From: a virus
Lineage: Duplodnaviria > Caudoviricetes
Strand: one strand, 5' to 3'
DNA: 59,143 nucleotides
Virus record (IMG/VR): IMGVR_UViG_3300031589_000002
Location: 1 to 59,143 of that record
The position numbers were made by a program, and so were the translations under genes. Shown piece after piece: positions 45,947 to 56,520 of this stretch (its first letter is position 1; the number at the start of each line of letters is the position of its first letter). The notes beneath the pieces were generated by a model. It was not told the origin of the DNA. It searched no databases and saw only the letters and a list, made by a program, of their open reading frames with translations.

Positions 45947-46885
45947 CTAGTGTTTTATCCATTTAGACTTACCTCTTAAAACTTGGGTCATCTCTTCGGC
46001 TTTATAGTTAGATAATCTTATTTTAGTATTACGCATTTTAGCACTAGCTTCTTTTTTGTAAAATGGAGCAAGCGACGCAGTACTAGGTCTAAGTTTAGAT
46101 AGATTGTAAAGTATGTAAGCATATAAAGCATCCTCAGCAAACTTTGGTACATAAACCTTAGATAAGTCATCATTAGATGCTAAGCCGTCTGAAATATACT
46201 CTAAAACGATTACAAGTTCTTGGTTAGCAAATGTTCCATCAAAGAAAATAATACCGCGACTCATGTCTAAAAAATAACCGCCTTCTAAATTCATGTCTGC
46301 AGGGTTGCTCCCGTATCTGCTATTATAGTAAGAAAAATTATCTTGATTATAATTATTATTATAGTATTCCGTAGCGCTTTGTCCTTGGTCAGAAGGTGAT
46401 TGAAATCTGGTTATAGCTATTGAGCTTTCTGCTCCTACCAATTCATCGCCTGTATATATAGGTTTAAAGTTTGGCTCTTGTAATATAGGTAAAGCTGCAT
46501 TTGAAGCAGATTTATTAGGTAGTATAAGTTTTTTACTACCATTGTTGGTGATTACATACACGCCTTTATAGCTAACATAATCTTGAGGTAATGGTACTTG
46601 CAGTGTTGGACCTAACTCTAATTCAATACTTTTTTCTGAATGCAATATGTCATAACTAAATTCTTGCAAACCTCTTTGAGCCCAAAAAGCAACCTCAAAC
46701 TCGGGAACCTTAGCTAATACTTTGTCCTCGCCTATATAGGCAACTACAAAATTATTTACAATATCTTCAATGCTTGTTCTTGAATAATAGCCTAACCCCT
46801 TAAAATCCGCAGGCGAATCTCCGGGTACGCCATCAAATATAGCATTATAAGCTTGATCGGTATATATTTTCCTTGATTCTGCCAT
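45947..46885 (-). CDS. Tail ring/adaptor protein
   Basis: RGLQEFSYD, LPQDYV, LEYISDGL, RGKSKWIKH; between capsid and nozzle genes. Confidence 0.65.
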   Translation of the reverse strand: MAESRKIYTDQAYNAIFDGVPGDSPADFKGLGYYSRTSIEDIVNNFVVAYIGEDKVLAKVPEFEVAFWAQRGLQEFSYDILHSEKSIELELGPTLQVPLPQDYVSYKGVYVITNNGSKKLILPNKSASNAALPILQEPNFKPIYTGDELVGAESSIAITRFQSPSDQGQSATEYYNNNYNQDNFSYYNSRYGSNPADMNLEGGYFLDMSRGIIFFDGTFANQELVIVLEYISDGLASNDDLSKVYVPKFAEDALYAYILYNLSKLRPSTASLAPFYKKEASAKMRNTKIRLSNYKAEEMTQVLRGKSKWIKH

Positions 46886-47595
46886 TATTTTTCAGATTGT
46901 GTTAATTGTTGGTCTTTTTGAGTAGCAGCTTGGGCTACGTCCATCGATTTAGTAGACAAACCAGCGTACTGGCATATTTTAAGTACAAGTTCAGTTACTT
47001 CAGACTTATGTAACTCAAAGCTAGATGACGTAGATGCGTTATACAACGGTTTATTGTTAACAGTAGTATACCCCCAGTTTACTTCCAATGGTACCCGTAC
47101 ATAGCTGTAAGTAACGTTACTTATACCGGTAACTGGGTAAACAACGATACCTGCCTCGTGCCTTGTATAAACAGGGTTTCTAGTAGTTGGTTTTGTAAGA
47201 GGTGATTTATTTATATAAACCAAATCTTTATTAGAAATTTCAGTTATATTATGTTTTTCGTTGTCTACATCTGCAGTTACAGAACCTAATCTGTAAAAAT
47301 TAACGGGGTAAGAAAAATGACTACTTGTTACGTTGCCTGCGGCATTAGTATAAGTGCCTCCAGAAACAGTTTCTTCATTATCAAATAAAGACATTTTTTC
47401 TTCTACGTTTTTTCTAATGTCGGAATAATCAGAATCATTAGAAACAGCATAGTTTCTTGACGAAAAATAACCTTCAAAAATTTCATTTTGAGCTTGGTTT
47501 GCAAATAAATTAAACTCCACAGGAGGTAGGTACCCCCTCTGTTCTTTATTAAGTATTTTTTGTACTGTTTGATATACTCTGTCTATACCTACCAT
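46885..47595 (-). CDS. Tail ring/adaptor protein
   Basis: ILNKEQRGY..P.EFNLFANQAQ...FYRLG...FELH.SE..ELV; synteny. Confidence 0.65.
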   Translation of the reverse strand: MVGIDRVYQTVQKILNKEQRGYLPPVEFNLFANQAQNEIFEGYFSSRNYAVSNDSDYSDIRKNVEEKMSLFDNEETVSGGTYTNAAGNVTSSHFSYPVNFYRLGSVTADVDNEKHNITEISNKDLVYINKSPLTKPTTRNPVYTRHEAGIVVYPVTGISNVTYSYVRVPLEVNWGYTTVNNKPLYNASTSSSFELHKSEVTELVLKICQYAGLSTKSMDVAQAATQKDQQLTQSEK

Positions 47596-47652
47596 TGGTT
47601 TCTTTTATTAATTAGTTGGTTATGGTTAAACGAATAACCACAACCTATTGTT

Positions 47653-48378
47653 TTATGTAAGCTTCTTTTCAATAGCTTTCATAACGTTTATACCATCATC
47701 TGTTTTTAAGAATCTAGCAAACGCTGTGTATGGGTGTTCATCAAATGGTACAGTTAAAATCTTTTTGCCTGTTTTAGACCATTTAAATGTAGTGTTGTCA
47801 TCTGTTAAATTAACCACTCCATTCTCAACACTTCGGTTTGCTAAGTTACGAAGCTTTATATCTTCGTCATTAGCAATCTCCGTGAATAAGCCTGGATTGT
47901 TTTTTGCAAATAAATAACAATCACGTTTAATTTCTTTTGAAGACATAGTAGTTACTTCAGAACCTAATTCAGTTCTTAGTATAGCTTCTAAGTGTTCTAT
48001 TTCTAATTCTTGAACTAGTTTTAGAGCTTCTAATTCTAATTCAATTTGATCAATATCATCAACAGCTTCTTGTAGTTCATCAATCTCTTCCCAAACTTTT
48101 CCAGCTTCAGGATGATAGTTAGATAACAACTGTTGTAATACTACATTCGTACGCGGTACAAAAAGTGCTCCGTTTTCGAAGATAACATGCTCAATCTGAA
48201 CTCTGTTGTCTTGTTCGTCAACAAACAAAGATTTTTGGTTTGGTGCGTACCTTAGCTCTCGGTTTACTTTCTTTTCTTCATCAAAGTAAAGCATTCCAAC
48301 ACTTCTTATTTTATAAGTTAGTGGACTCATTCCACCTGATAAGAGATAAGTCCTATCTTTTAATTCCCAGTTTTTCAT
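47653..48378 (-). CDS. Conserved protein downstream of major capsid gene
   Basis: ORF track; AT-rich leader. Confidence 0.7.
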   Translation of the reverse strand: MKNWELKDRTYLLSGGMSPLTYKIRSVGMLYFDEEKKVNRELRYAPNQKSLFVDEQDNRVQIEHVIFENGALFVPRTNVVLQQLLSNYHPEAGKVWEEIDELQEAVDDIDQIELELEALKLVQELEIEHLEAILRTELGSEVTTMSSKEIKRDCYLFAKNNPGLFTEIANDEDIKLRNLANRSVENGVVNLTDDNTTFKWSKTGKKILTVPFDEHPYTAFARFLKTDDGINVMKAIEKKLT

Positions 48379-48394
48379 AATATAATTTAATAAA

Positions 48395-48425
48395 ATAAAA
48401 TAACCCCCACCGAAGTGAGGGCTAT
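48395..48425 (-). terminator. Intrinsic terminator/attenuator after major capsid gene
   Basis: Minus strand TAGCCCTCAC-TTCG-GTGGGGGTTA-TTTTATTTT (UUCG loop). Confidence 0.8.
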
Positions 48426-48433
48426 ATTAATAA

Positions 48434-49873
48434 TTAGTCTTTCAATAAGAAGAAGTTATTAGCTCCTTGCGTAATTAAACATCTTTCAGATAAGAAATTA
48501 ACTCTCATTTCGTCAATGTCAGAAGTGTAAGCACCACCAACAGATCCAGTAATCCAAGTTTTCATTTTTCTGTCATCTGTTTCAGAAGATCTATAACGGA
48601 TGTGTAAGAATGGACGCTTGATGTTTTTACCAAGGTCTTGGTCATACACAGTAGATGTTCCTGCAGGAATAAGAGCTCCTTCAATATCTCCAAATTGACC
48701 ACGTGTTCCGAAGTCATTTAAGTATTTCCAGTCAGTCTTATAGAAATCGTAAGATCCACGACGGAATCCACTAAATCCTAAGTTTAAAGCCATATCCTCA
48801 GAGTTGTTGAATACTCCGTAAGAAGTACCACCAGTTCCATAAGAATTTTTAGCAGCTAAACCATCATCAATTGCTAAAGATAAAGCACGGTTTGTGTATA
48901 GCATATTCTCTTCTATAGCACCGTTTTTATCTAATTGCTTAAGGATAGTATCAAAACTAGCGATAGTATCAGCATCAGCAGCAAGATCAGTATAAACGTT
49001 TCCTCTAGACTCAAGAGCCGCAAAGAAACCTTCAGATCCAGTAATACTTCCTGGGAAGTTTGCGTGAACTGATGCTCCTTTCTTAACTGATTCAACCATA
49101 GACATCTCTAGGTAATCTTCAAATCTTTGACGAGTTTCGTGCTCAGACTTTAGGTACCATAGGTATCCGCTTGCACCATTCTCAGAAGCAACTTCAATCC
49201 AACCGATCTGAGCTGTGTCAGAACCGCTTACTTGGTAGTTATCTTTTAAGATGATTGGTTTGTTAGTATATGAACTGTAATCAGATTCGATTGCACCGTC
49301 CATACCAGCTGTACCTTTTGCAAATTCAGAACCGTAAACTAATACGTTAACGCCATTTGAGACATTAAATCCGCTTGCAGCCCATGTTGCAGCTGAATAA
49401 CAGTGTGCAGTAAATGTGCTGGTTGCACCTGCAGCAGCAGCTCCAGCAGTAATTACTACCCCTTTAAGTACTGGTCCTGAAGCGACTCCACTACCAGTTT
49501 TACCTTGTACCATAATAGTTTGCCCTGCGCGAATTGCGGCAGATCCAGAAGCAGCAAATGCTGTTCCATCAGGATTAGCAGGGTGTGTTACTGTAAATAC
49601 ACCCGTTGCAGCAACTAGTGCCACATCGTTGTATGCTACATGTAATCTTCCTTGCTCTACCCAACGAATTTCATCAGACGTAGAAGGCATCTCAGCTGAT
49701 ACCATACGTAAGAAAGAAGAGATAGAACGATTTCCGTAGATCTCAGCTTCTTTTTCGTACACGTCAGGTAAGAATTGTTTTGTAAAGTTAAAGTCTGTAA
49801 TGTAGTTGTTTTGGAATAAAGAACCTTTCGTTGGAGAAGGTACTAAATTGTTAATTCCACTTGTTAAAGCCAT
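48434..49873 (-). CDS. Major capsid protein
   Basis: 479 aa following the scaffold gene, followed by a terminator; QFLPDVYEKE..YGNR, W.EQGRLH, GF.GF.RGSYDFYKTDWKYLND. Confidence 0.85.
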   Translation of the reverse strand: MALTSGINNLVPSPTKGSLFQNNYITDFNFTKQFLPDVYEKEAEIYGNRSISSFLRMVSAEMPSTSDEIRWVEQGRLHVAYNDVALVAATGVFTVTHPANPDGTAFAASGSAAIRAGQTIMVQGKTGSGVASGPVLKGVVITAGAAAAGATSTFTAHCYSAATWAASGFNVSNGVNVLVYGSEFAKGTAGMDGAIESDYSSYTNKPIILKDNYQVSGSDTAQIGWIEVASENGASGYLWYLKSEHETRQRFEDYLEMSMVESVKKGASVHANFPGSITGSEGFFAALESRGNVYTDLAADADTIASFDTILKQLDKNGAIEENMLYTNRALSLAIDDGLAAKNSYGTGGTSYGVFNNSEDMALNLGFSGFRRGSYDFYKTDWKYLNDFGTRGQFGDIEGALIPAGTSTVYDQDLGKNIKRPFLHIRYRSSETDDRKMKTWITGSVGGAYTSDIDEMRVNFLSERCLITQGANNFFLLKD

Positions 49874-49884
49874 TTTTTAATTTT

Positions 49885-51054
49885 TTATTGTTTAAGTTTC
49901 ATTCGTAGTTTAGAACTAGAATCACCTGAAACAACTTTGAATTTCTGTCCGCTACTAGTTTTAACGACGCCTTCTTTTCTTGGATCCATATTGATATTTT
50001 TAGCTTCCTTAGCGGAGTTGCGTAGAGCATCGGCACGGCCTTGCTCGTAAAAATGTTCTGCTATTTTATCTGCGTTGCGCGCAGCAAATAGTGCTTTATG
50101 GTACCCTTTAGCGTCACTGATAGTTCCATCATCTCCCACAAATTTATTTACAAAATTATTAATATCTGACTGCTGAGTTTTAGTCTCAGAAATGTTAGGA
50201 ATCTTATATCGGTATTTATTGTCTCCAACTTGAAAATCAAAACCTTTAAAAGATTCACTAAAAACTTTGTCAGTTTTTTGTAAAAATGCTTGTGTATGTT
50301 GTTTATTTGATTCAGCGCTCTGTTTATAATCGCCATAATACTTAAGAGCCTCTTGGTACTCCTGAGGAACATCGTTTTGCTTCTTCAACTTGAGATCAGC
50401 ATAATATTTCTCTTTGTTACCGTTAAGGTACTCTTTAGCATTGTATAACTCTTCTTTAAATGCTCTTTTTTTAGAGCGAATTTCCCTGGGGTCGTCATCG
50501 TCATCATAAGTAAATTTGTCTTCCATGTACTCCTGAATATCCTGACTATCCCAAGGTTTTGCTTGTTTATAATATTCTCTTAATACATCTCCATCTTCAT
50601 AAGCGGAAATGTCTCTATTTAGATTTACGTAGTCTTCTACGGTACCGCCTGTTTCCTGCATAAATTTTACTAATTTATCCACATTCTCAGGCAATTCAAT
50701 TTGAGGTTTTTCATTAGCCTCAGCAATTTGCTGGTCTACTTTAGGTAAATCAGTTGTGACTGATTCTTCCTCATCTTCGGTAACTAATTCCAAGGGGGTA
50801 ACTTCTTCCTCTGTTTCTTTTTCAGGAGTAGCTTCTACCTCTGTTTCAACTTGCTTTGGTGTGTCCTGCTCTTCCTCAGTCGGTTTATTTATTTCGTCTA
50901 AATTTATAACCGGTACTTCATCTTCGTTTTTTCCTGCGGATTCTGGGGATATATCTCCTTCTTCAACCGCTTTATCTAAAACTGCTTGTTCTTGTTCTTG
51001 GGCTGATTTGCTTTCTTCTGCATCAACAGCTCCTTTAACTTTCCATTCACTCAT
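49885..51054 (-). CDS. Capsid scaffolding protein, putative
   Basis: Acidic disordered N-terminus and helical core; between portal and capsid genes. Confidence 0.7.
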   Translation of the reverse strand: MSEWKVKGAVDAEESKSAQEQEQAVLDKAVEEGDISPESAGKNEDEVPVINLDEINKPTEEEQDTPKQVETEVEATPEKETEEEVTPLELVTEDEEESVTTDLPKVDQQIAEANEKPQIELPENVDKLVKFMQETGGTVEDYVNLNRDISAYEDGDVLREYYKQAKPWDSQDIQEYMEDKFTYDDDDDPREIRSKKRAFKEELYNAKEYLNGNKEKYYADLKLKKQNDVPQEYQEALKYYGDYKQSAESNKQHTQAFLQKTDKVFSESFKGFDFQVGDNKYRYKIPNISETKTQQSDINNFVNKFVGDDGTISDAKGYHKALFAARNADKIAEHFYEQGRADALRNSAKEAKNINMDPRKEGVVKTSSGQKFKVVSGDSSSKLRMKLKQ

Positions 51055-51085
51055 AATTTAATAATATATAATAATTAATAATAAT

Positions 51086-53479
51086 TTATCTAGGGTTAAA
51101 AATACTTGTATCAATACCACCTAAAACATCATTGCCTTTAGATTCGAAAGACTTTGAAGGTGCAGGGTTAGAAACTTTTTTAGTTATATCAGTAGAAGAT
51201 ATTGACTTACCCTCTAATGCTGATAATTCTTTTTTAGCATCTAATTCCATTTTTTTAAGTTTCAAATTTAAATCAAACTCAAACTGCATTAGTTCTTTTT
51301 TAGTGGTAGCTTCAACCTCTAATCTTTTTATATCAAAACCAGTCTGAGCTTCACTGAGTTGTACTTTAGACTGAGTTTTTATTTGCTCTGCTTGAGCCTT
51401 AGCCATTTCAGCAGCTTGTGCCGCTTTACCATTAGCTTCAGATTGAGCAGCTATGTTAGCCTCGGATCTTGCTTGATCAGCTTTCTGTTTCTTAGTTCTT
51501 CTGTATTTTAAAAGTTGATTTGCTAATTTTATATTTTTAATTTGCCTAACATCAATAGCGTCCTCAAGAAAAATCTGATCTTTTGATAAAGCTATTTGAA
51601 TGTTATTTTCAACTAATTGTTTTTCATCTTCATCAGGGTCTAGCTCCAAAAATATGCCGTAGTCATGAAGATGTAATTTTTCCATCTCTTCTAACGCTCC
51701 TACGCTGAATCTACCAATAGCTCCAATCATTGCTTCTTTTTGAGGATGAAACTCTAATACATCTTTTATTCTTATAGATATAGCCTCCGCTAATGCCGAT
51801 GTTATGAACAACGAGCTATGTAATATATGTCTTGTTGCTGTGTTCGAATTGGCAGCGGCTAATTTTTGAACTCCAACTAATGCATGAGGTGAAGGATCTG
51901 AACCGTCTCTTGCTTCGTTTAATCCGGTTACATCACGTATCATATTTAAATAATAGTTGTATGCACTAATCAGAAGCTGTGTTTGTTGGCCTCCTCCTCC
52001 TGGAAGCTCTTGTATCGGTATTTTGCCGGGGTTCATCTCACCGTCAACCGTCATGGACCTACCAATAACAGAACCTGTTTGAAAGTACATATTTAACGCT
52101 TCCTGTGGATTATAGTTAGTACCATTGCCTAAATCTATTTCCGCTAAGCCATCAGCGTCTAAATAAACACCAGAAGGTGTCATTCTTTGTATTGTTTGTT
52201 GTAGTTTTAAATGTGTTAACTGAATTAAATCAGCATAGGTAATCATTCTGCCTACTAAACTTTCTATTTTTCCTTTATATAATCTAGGCGCACTAACCAC
52301 GTAATTCATCATTACTTTGTTAGCGTTAGATTCAGGGCGGACCATGTTTGAAGCTTTTTCCCATTTAAGAAGCGTGTTTGATCCTAAGACCATTACACCT
52401 TCATAAATAGTTTCGTTTACTGTTTGTATTTTTTCAAAACGCGCTCTTTGGTCTTTAGGTGGATTAAATTTATCTGACTTCTTTATTGCTTTACTGGCTC
52501 CAGTAGATGTTTCTTTTATTTTAAAGACTTTATTTTCCCAGCTTTTCCAATTAAAATATAAAACATTTAATGTATTAGAATCGTTTGAGGCATCTACATC
52601 GGTAGAGGCATAATCATAATTATTATAGTTGCTAGATGATTTAATAGTATCTTCAAACTCTTCACTTGTAAGATTAGGAAATTTCTTTTTTAACTCGTTT
52701 GCTTTTATTTTTTTAATTTCACCAAAATAATATACATCTTGAAAGTTAGGGTCTTCTGTGTAAGAATAAATTAAATTTGAAGGATCCACATATTCAATTG
52801 ATATTCCGTCAGTATTATTGAACCCGTGCTTTGCAGCCGCAATTCCTAGTACAGCTTGATCGTAGTCAAGACGTTTTTTTGTTTCAAAATAAGCGTTACG
52901 TTTAAAAACATTATCAATAGCCTGCTCTTGCGCTATTTCAATGCTCTGTTTGTAGTTTATCTGCATGTGTAGTTCTAACTCTTCGTTAGACTTAGGTGCA
53001 TCTGCATCAGTGTTATTACGCAAATCTAATCCAAACTCCGTTTCGATTCTATCAGTAATATCTTTTGTTAAAATATCTTCTTGTACACCTTCAACAAAAT
53101 CAGTTCTTTCTTTTATAGATGTTGGATCTTGAGCAAAAGCCTTAATTGTAAAAAGTCTATCTTGCATCCCGTTTACAACTATATCCACAAACTTCGGAAT
53201 TATAGGTACAGGAGTCCAATCTAAATTTAGATAAGACAAGTCTCCGTTTACTGAAAATTCATCTTTATATTTTTGTGTTGATTGTTCACCCCTAGCATAT
53301 AACCTTAGTTTGTGAAAATCTTTTTGGTTCTTTGCGAACCTCCCTGTACCGGATGATTTTCTGAACCATTCGTTCTGGATACCTCGTGCCACTTCCATTC
53401 CGTAGTCCATGCTAGCTTTAGTAGCATCATCAACCGATTGGCTGGGAAATTGGGTAACTTGTCCTGTAGCTTCTGCCAT
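51086..53479 (-). CDS. Portal protein
   Basis: LRLYARGEQ, IIPKFVDIVVNG, IRDVTGLNEARDGS, C-terminal coiled-coil barrel; follows terminase. Confidence 0.85.
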   Translation of the reverse strand: MAEATGQVTQFPSQSVDDATKASMDYGMEVARGIQNEWFRKSSGTGRFAKNQKDFHKLRLYARGEQSTQKYKDEFSVNGDLSYLNLDWTPVPIIPKFVDIVVNGMQDRLFTIKAFAQDPTSIKERTDFVEGVQEDILTKDITDRIETEFGLDLRNNTDADAPKSNEELELHMQINYKQSIEIAQEQAIDNVFKRNAYFETKKRLDYDQAVLGIAAAKHGFNNTDGISIEYVDPSNLIYSYTEDPNFQDVYYFGEIKKIKANELKKKFPNLTSEEFEDTIKSSSNYNNYDYASTDVDASNDSNTLNVLYFNWKSWENKVFKIKETSTGASKAIKKSDKFNPPKDQRARFEKIQTVNETIYEGVMVLGSNTLLKWEKASNMVRPESNANKVMMNYVVSAPRLYKGKIESLVGRMITYADLIQLTHLKLQQTIQRMTPSGVYLDADGLAEIDLGNGTNYNPQEALNMYFQTGSVIGRSMTVDGEMNPGKIPIQELPGGGGQQTQLLISAYNYYLNMIRDVTGLNEARDGSDPSPHALVGVQKLAAANSNTATRHILHSSLFITSALAEAISIRIKDVLEFHPQKEAMIGAIGRFSVGALEEMEKLHLHDYGIFLELDPDEDEKQLVENNIQIALSKDQIFLEDAIDVRQIKNIKLANQLLKYRRTKKQKADQARSEANIAAQSEANGKAAQAAEMAKAQAEQIKTQSKVQLSEAQTGFDIKRLEVEATTKKELMQFEFDLNLKLKKMELDAKKELSALEGKSISSTDITKKVSNPAPSKSFESKGNDVLGGIDTSIFNPR

Positions 53480-53481
53480 TT

Positions 53482-55710
53482 CTATTGTATTATTTTACTA
53501 TTTGATCCTGTATTATTATATTTAGAAAAGCCAAAATCAATTTTTTTAACTTCTCTAGTCGTTTTTGATGCATATAAATGTCTTTGGCAAGCCATTATAG
53601 CTAAGCCAGAACTTATAGATGCGTCAAATTTTGTTCTATTATTAATATCAAACCCTGCCCAATCTTCTAAGGTCCTTTGGAAATACATTCTACCATATTC
53701 ACCAGATTCCCGTAAACCAACGTGGTCTTCTATATAACTTTCAATTGAAGCAGCATGTGCTTGCTTTATGTCCTCCGAAGAGTTAGGTATACCACCTAAT
53801 TCTTTTTCTGTTATAGAAAGCTTATTTCTGGATTTATCAGGTCTATTCATTGAGTAACCCCGATAGCCTCTTCTTTTAATATGATATAATAATCTAGGTT
53901 TATTGTTTTCCGCTAATATTGGCATTCCATAAAATATCATTGCCATTAAAACATCTTCAAAAAATATTTCAGCAGTTTGAGGTCTGGCTATATATTCTAA
54001 AAAGAATTGGCTGCTAGGAACCTCAGCTAACATGCTATAAGTTGTTAATCCATGTAATGCACCATTTGATCCACTACCATCAGTTGTACCACTAATATCA
54101 TAGCTGTCACACCCGAAGGCGCCCATATCTTTATTACCAGGGTATTTTATACCATTTTTAACTACGATATTGTTCTGCATACTCACAGGAGGTATCCAAG
54201 AAAGCCTGAATCTACCACTCTTATTAGGAGAAAATTGAACTTCAGAATCTTTAACTCCATTTTTCCAATTAAATGATCCGGTTGTTATATAACCTTCTTT
54301 AGTTAAGTCTTCATTGAAATCAGTTTGCTCATATATCTTATTTAGATTAAATAAAGACTTTGCTATTTCATCTCTGAAAGCGTGCTTCTCTGTTCTTGGA
54401 AACTGTCTATAGTATTCGTTTAATCCATCGTTATTATCTCTAAGTCCATCTGCTTCATTCTCCCAATGCTCGATAACTCCAGAGTAGATAAGTTCTCCGT
54501 CGATTCCTTCAACTGGTTTTTCTGGATTATCGAAGACAGGAAATCCATATTTATCAATGAATCCCTCGTAGTTCCATTCCATAGGTATGAACAAAGAATA
54601 TAATCCACTAGCAGTCTGCCCATTGCGGTTTCGCTTGTTGACGTCTGAATCATAATATAGTTTTTTAAAGTTACCGCCTCCTTTTTTAATTGCATTAGAG
54701 GTAGAACCCATCATACACTTACCAACTATTCTTGCTCCGAGCCTGAGACACGTCTTCGTGACCCTCCAGTTGTTGAGGATGTTGTCTGGTCTCTCCCATT
54801 TACCCGATTCATCGTGGACGAGGAGTTTGAGTTTCTCTCCATCGTACGAGTTGTCACCGGTATTCTTCCAATCGATCGTGGTGTCAAGCCCTGCCTGTAC
54901 GTCCTCTGAGTTTTCTTTAATCGAGTTTCTCGTGAGCCGCTTAGACGGTACCTTGTAGGATAACTCCGTTTTTGGACGCTCCATTCCGTCTTGGGTCGGT
55001 TTAAAAAAGAACGGGTAGTTTGTTGATATTGGTACGACCTTATCTGTAAACATCTTTTTAGCATCTGCACCTGACTTCGATAGTATCCCAAATCTAGAGT
55101 CTCTAGATAATGTAGCCTGGTTGACAGTCTCTGAACTTGCCATAAAGCTAAAACCGGATCGTCTATTCTTAAGGTAGCACATTCCATAACTCCTGGTGTC
55201 CGCACAGCATGCTTCCCAAAATATGTATAATATCCTATTTGCTTGTCGAAAGTCGGGTAACCCAACATCAATTTTAGTCCAGTTGAGGTAGACGTAATGC
55301 GAACCGGTAATGTATTGACTTTTACCGTTGCACATGAACCAGTGGCCATCACTACGCTTATTATACTCATTACTAATATAGTCGTAGTACTTCTCCTTAA
55401 TATTTTCTGGATACTTTTTAAAATCATATAATGTTTTTATTTTCCCCAGCGTTTCAGGCTTTTTAGTTCGTGTAAAAACTTGTTCTTCTGGAACTTTGCT
55501 ATTAGATTCAATTTCTTTTGGCTCAGGTGGTAGTGCTATTTTTAAACCTTGTATAGCATATATTTCACCTATCTGTCCATTCTTACTTATAACAACGCAA
55601 TCTAGATCTTCATTAAATCCATATTTGAATGACTTGGATTTATTTAATTTTTTAACATACTTTTGTTGTAAGTGAGATGTCTGTACTGAGTATAAATGTT
55701 GTTTATACAT
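53482..55710 (-). CDS. terL: Terminase large subunit
   Basis: Walker A LKNRRSGFS, Walker B LLVHDESGKW, GSTSN, nuclease FGCDSYD, ENNK, FDASISSG. Confidence 0.93.
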   Translation of the reverse strand: MYKQHLYSVQTSHLQQKYVKKLNKSKSFKYGFNEDLDCVVISKNGQIGEIYAIQGLKIALPPEPKEIESNSKVPEEQVFTRTKKPETLGKIKTLYDFKKYPENIKEKYYDYISNEYNKRSDGHWFMCNGKSQYITGSHYVYLNWTKIDVGLPDFRQANRILYIFWEACCADTRSYGMCYLKNRRSGFSFMASSETVNQATLSRDSRFGILSKSGADAKKMFTDKVVPISTNYPFFFKPTQDGMERPKTELSYKVPSKRLTRNSIKENSEDVQAGLDTTIDWKNTGDNSYDGEKLKLLVHDESGKWERPDNILNNWRVTKTCLRLGARIVGKCMMGSTSNAIKKGGGNFKKLYYDSDVNKRNRNGQTASGLYSLFIPMEWNYEGFIDKYGFPVFDNPEKPVEGIDGELIYSGVIEHWENEADGLRDNNDGLNEYYRQFPRTEKHAFRDEIAKSLFNLNKIYEQTDFNEDLTKEGYITTGSFNWKNGVKDSEVQFSPNKSGRFRLSWIPPVSMQNNIVVKNGIKYPGNKDMGAFGCDSYDISGTTDGSGSNGALHGLTTYSMLAEVPSSQFFLEYIARPQTAEIFFEDVLMAMIFYGMPILAENNKPRLLYHIKRRGYRGYSMNRPDKSRNKLSITEKELGGIPNSSEDIKQAHAASIESYIEDHVGLRESGEYGRMYFQRTLEDWAGFDINNRTKFDASISSGLAIMACQRHLYASKTTREVKKIDFGFSKYNNTGSNSKIIQ

Positions 55711-55967
55711 TATTTAACCTGGGATTCAACGCCAAAAAAATCATTATTAGTTTCTTTGTTGCTTTTACCTGTAGCTTTTAGTTCTTCTACTTTATCTATC
55801 ATAGCCATTGCGTCATCCATTGCAAGTCTATAAGCTGAAGCAGAAACTTTTACCTTTTCAGGATCTATCTCTTCAGAGTTCATTTTTTTATTCATTACTT
55901 TTATAAGCTCGTTGATTGAATTTTCAGCAGCTTCAAGTAGTAGTAGTTTTGTTTTCTTTATATCCAT
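55710..55967 (-). CDS. Terminase small subunit, putative
   Basis: Small helical protein coupled upstream of terL. Confidence 0.45.
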   Translation of the reverse strand: MDIKKTKLLLLEAAENSINELIKVMNKKMNSEEIDPEKVKVSASAYRLAMDDAMAMIDKVEELKATGKSNKETNNDFFGVESQVK

Positions 55968-56520
55968 AGTTGATAGTAATGTCTTTTGATAAAATTCTAT
56001 ATAATTTTTTATCTTCTATGTTAAACTCGTATTCTGAATTTGGTGTAAAACCCACCACGTCTCCACAGGACAACCCTAAGGAGCTTAAGTAGTCGTTTGT
56101 ATATGTAAGCTTTCCTGTGAGTTTCTGTTCACTCTCAGTGCTCCATTCGTCTGCACTTTCTACTGGCTCTACAAAACAATACTGTATAGGACAATGCCAT
56201 TTACCATTTTGCTTGTATGCAAATATCTGTTCTTCAGAAACTGTATAAGTATCTTCTTTTATGTAATTACCTGAGTTGCGTTCGTTTCCTCTAACATCGT
56301 ACCATCTACGAAATACGTTATGATGTACTATAACTTCGTTTCCAGGCTCTATAGGCGTTTTTATATTTATAGGTGCGTTAATTACAGTACCTATCCTATT
56401 AACGAACAAGTAATCCCTTTCTGTTATTTCTGTATTAAGAATTAACTCTTTGTTGCCAACAGACACTTTATTATCGTATCGGCTATTTGTTGATATAATA
56501 TAATTGTATAATGATCTCAT
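55933..56520 (-). CDS. Tandem GroES-like-domain protein
   Basis: Two repeats of the GroES pattern: GTVINAP...IEPGNEVIV...VSEEQIFAY and CFVEPV...GLSCGDVVGF...RILSKDI. Confidence 0.55.
   Translation of the reverse strand: MRSLYNYIISTNSRYDNKVSVGNKELILNTEITERDYLFVNRIGTVINAPINIKTPIEPGNEVIVHHNVFRRWYDVRGNERNSGNYIKEDTYTVSEEQIFAYKQNGKWHCPIQYCFVEPVESADEWSTESEQKLTGKLTYTNDYLSSLGLSCGDVVGFTPNSEYEFNIEDKKLYRILSKDITINYGYKENKTTTT

Noticed and set aside
47604-47646. Stem-loop between 47653 and 47595 genes as a terminator
   Set aside because: GGTTAT/ATAACC stem present but no U-tract on the coding strand; at most a processing or stability hairpin.
54726-55427. 233-aa alternative-frame ORF within terL
   Set aside because: Coincides with a GC-richer patch that lowers stop frequency; no recognisable motifs or leader.
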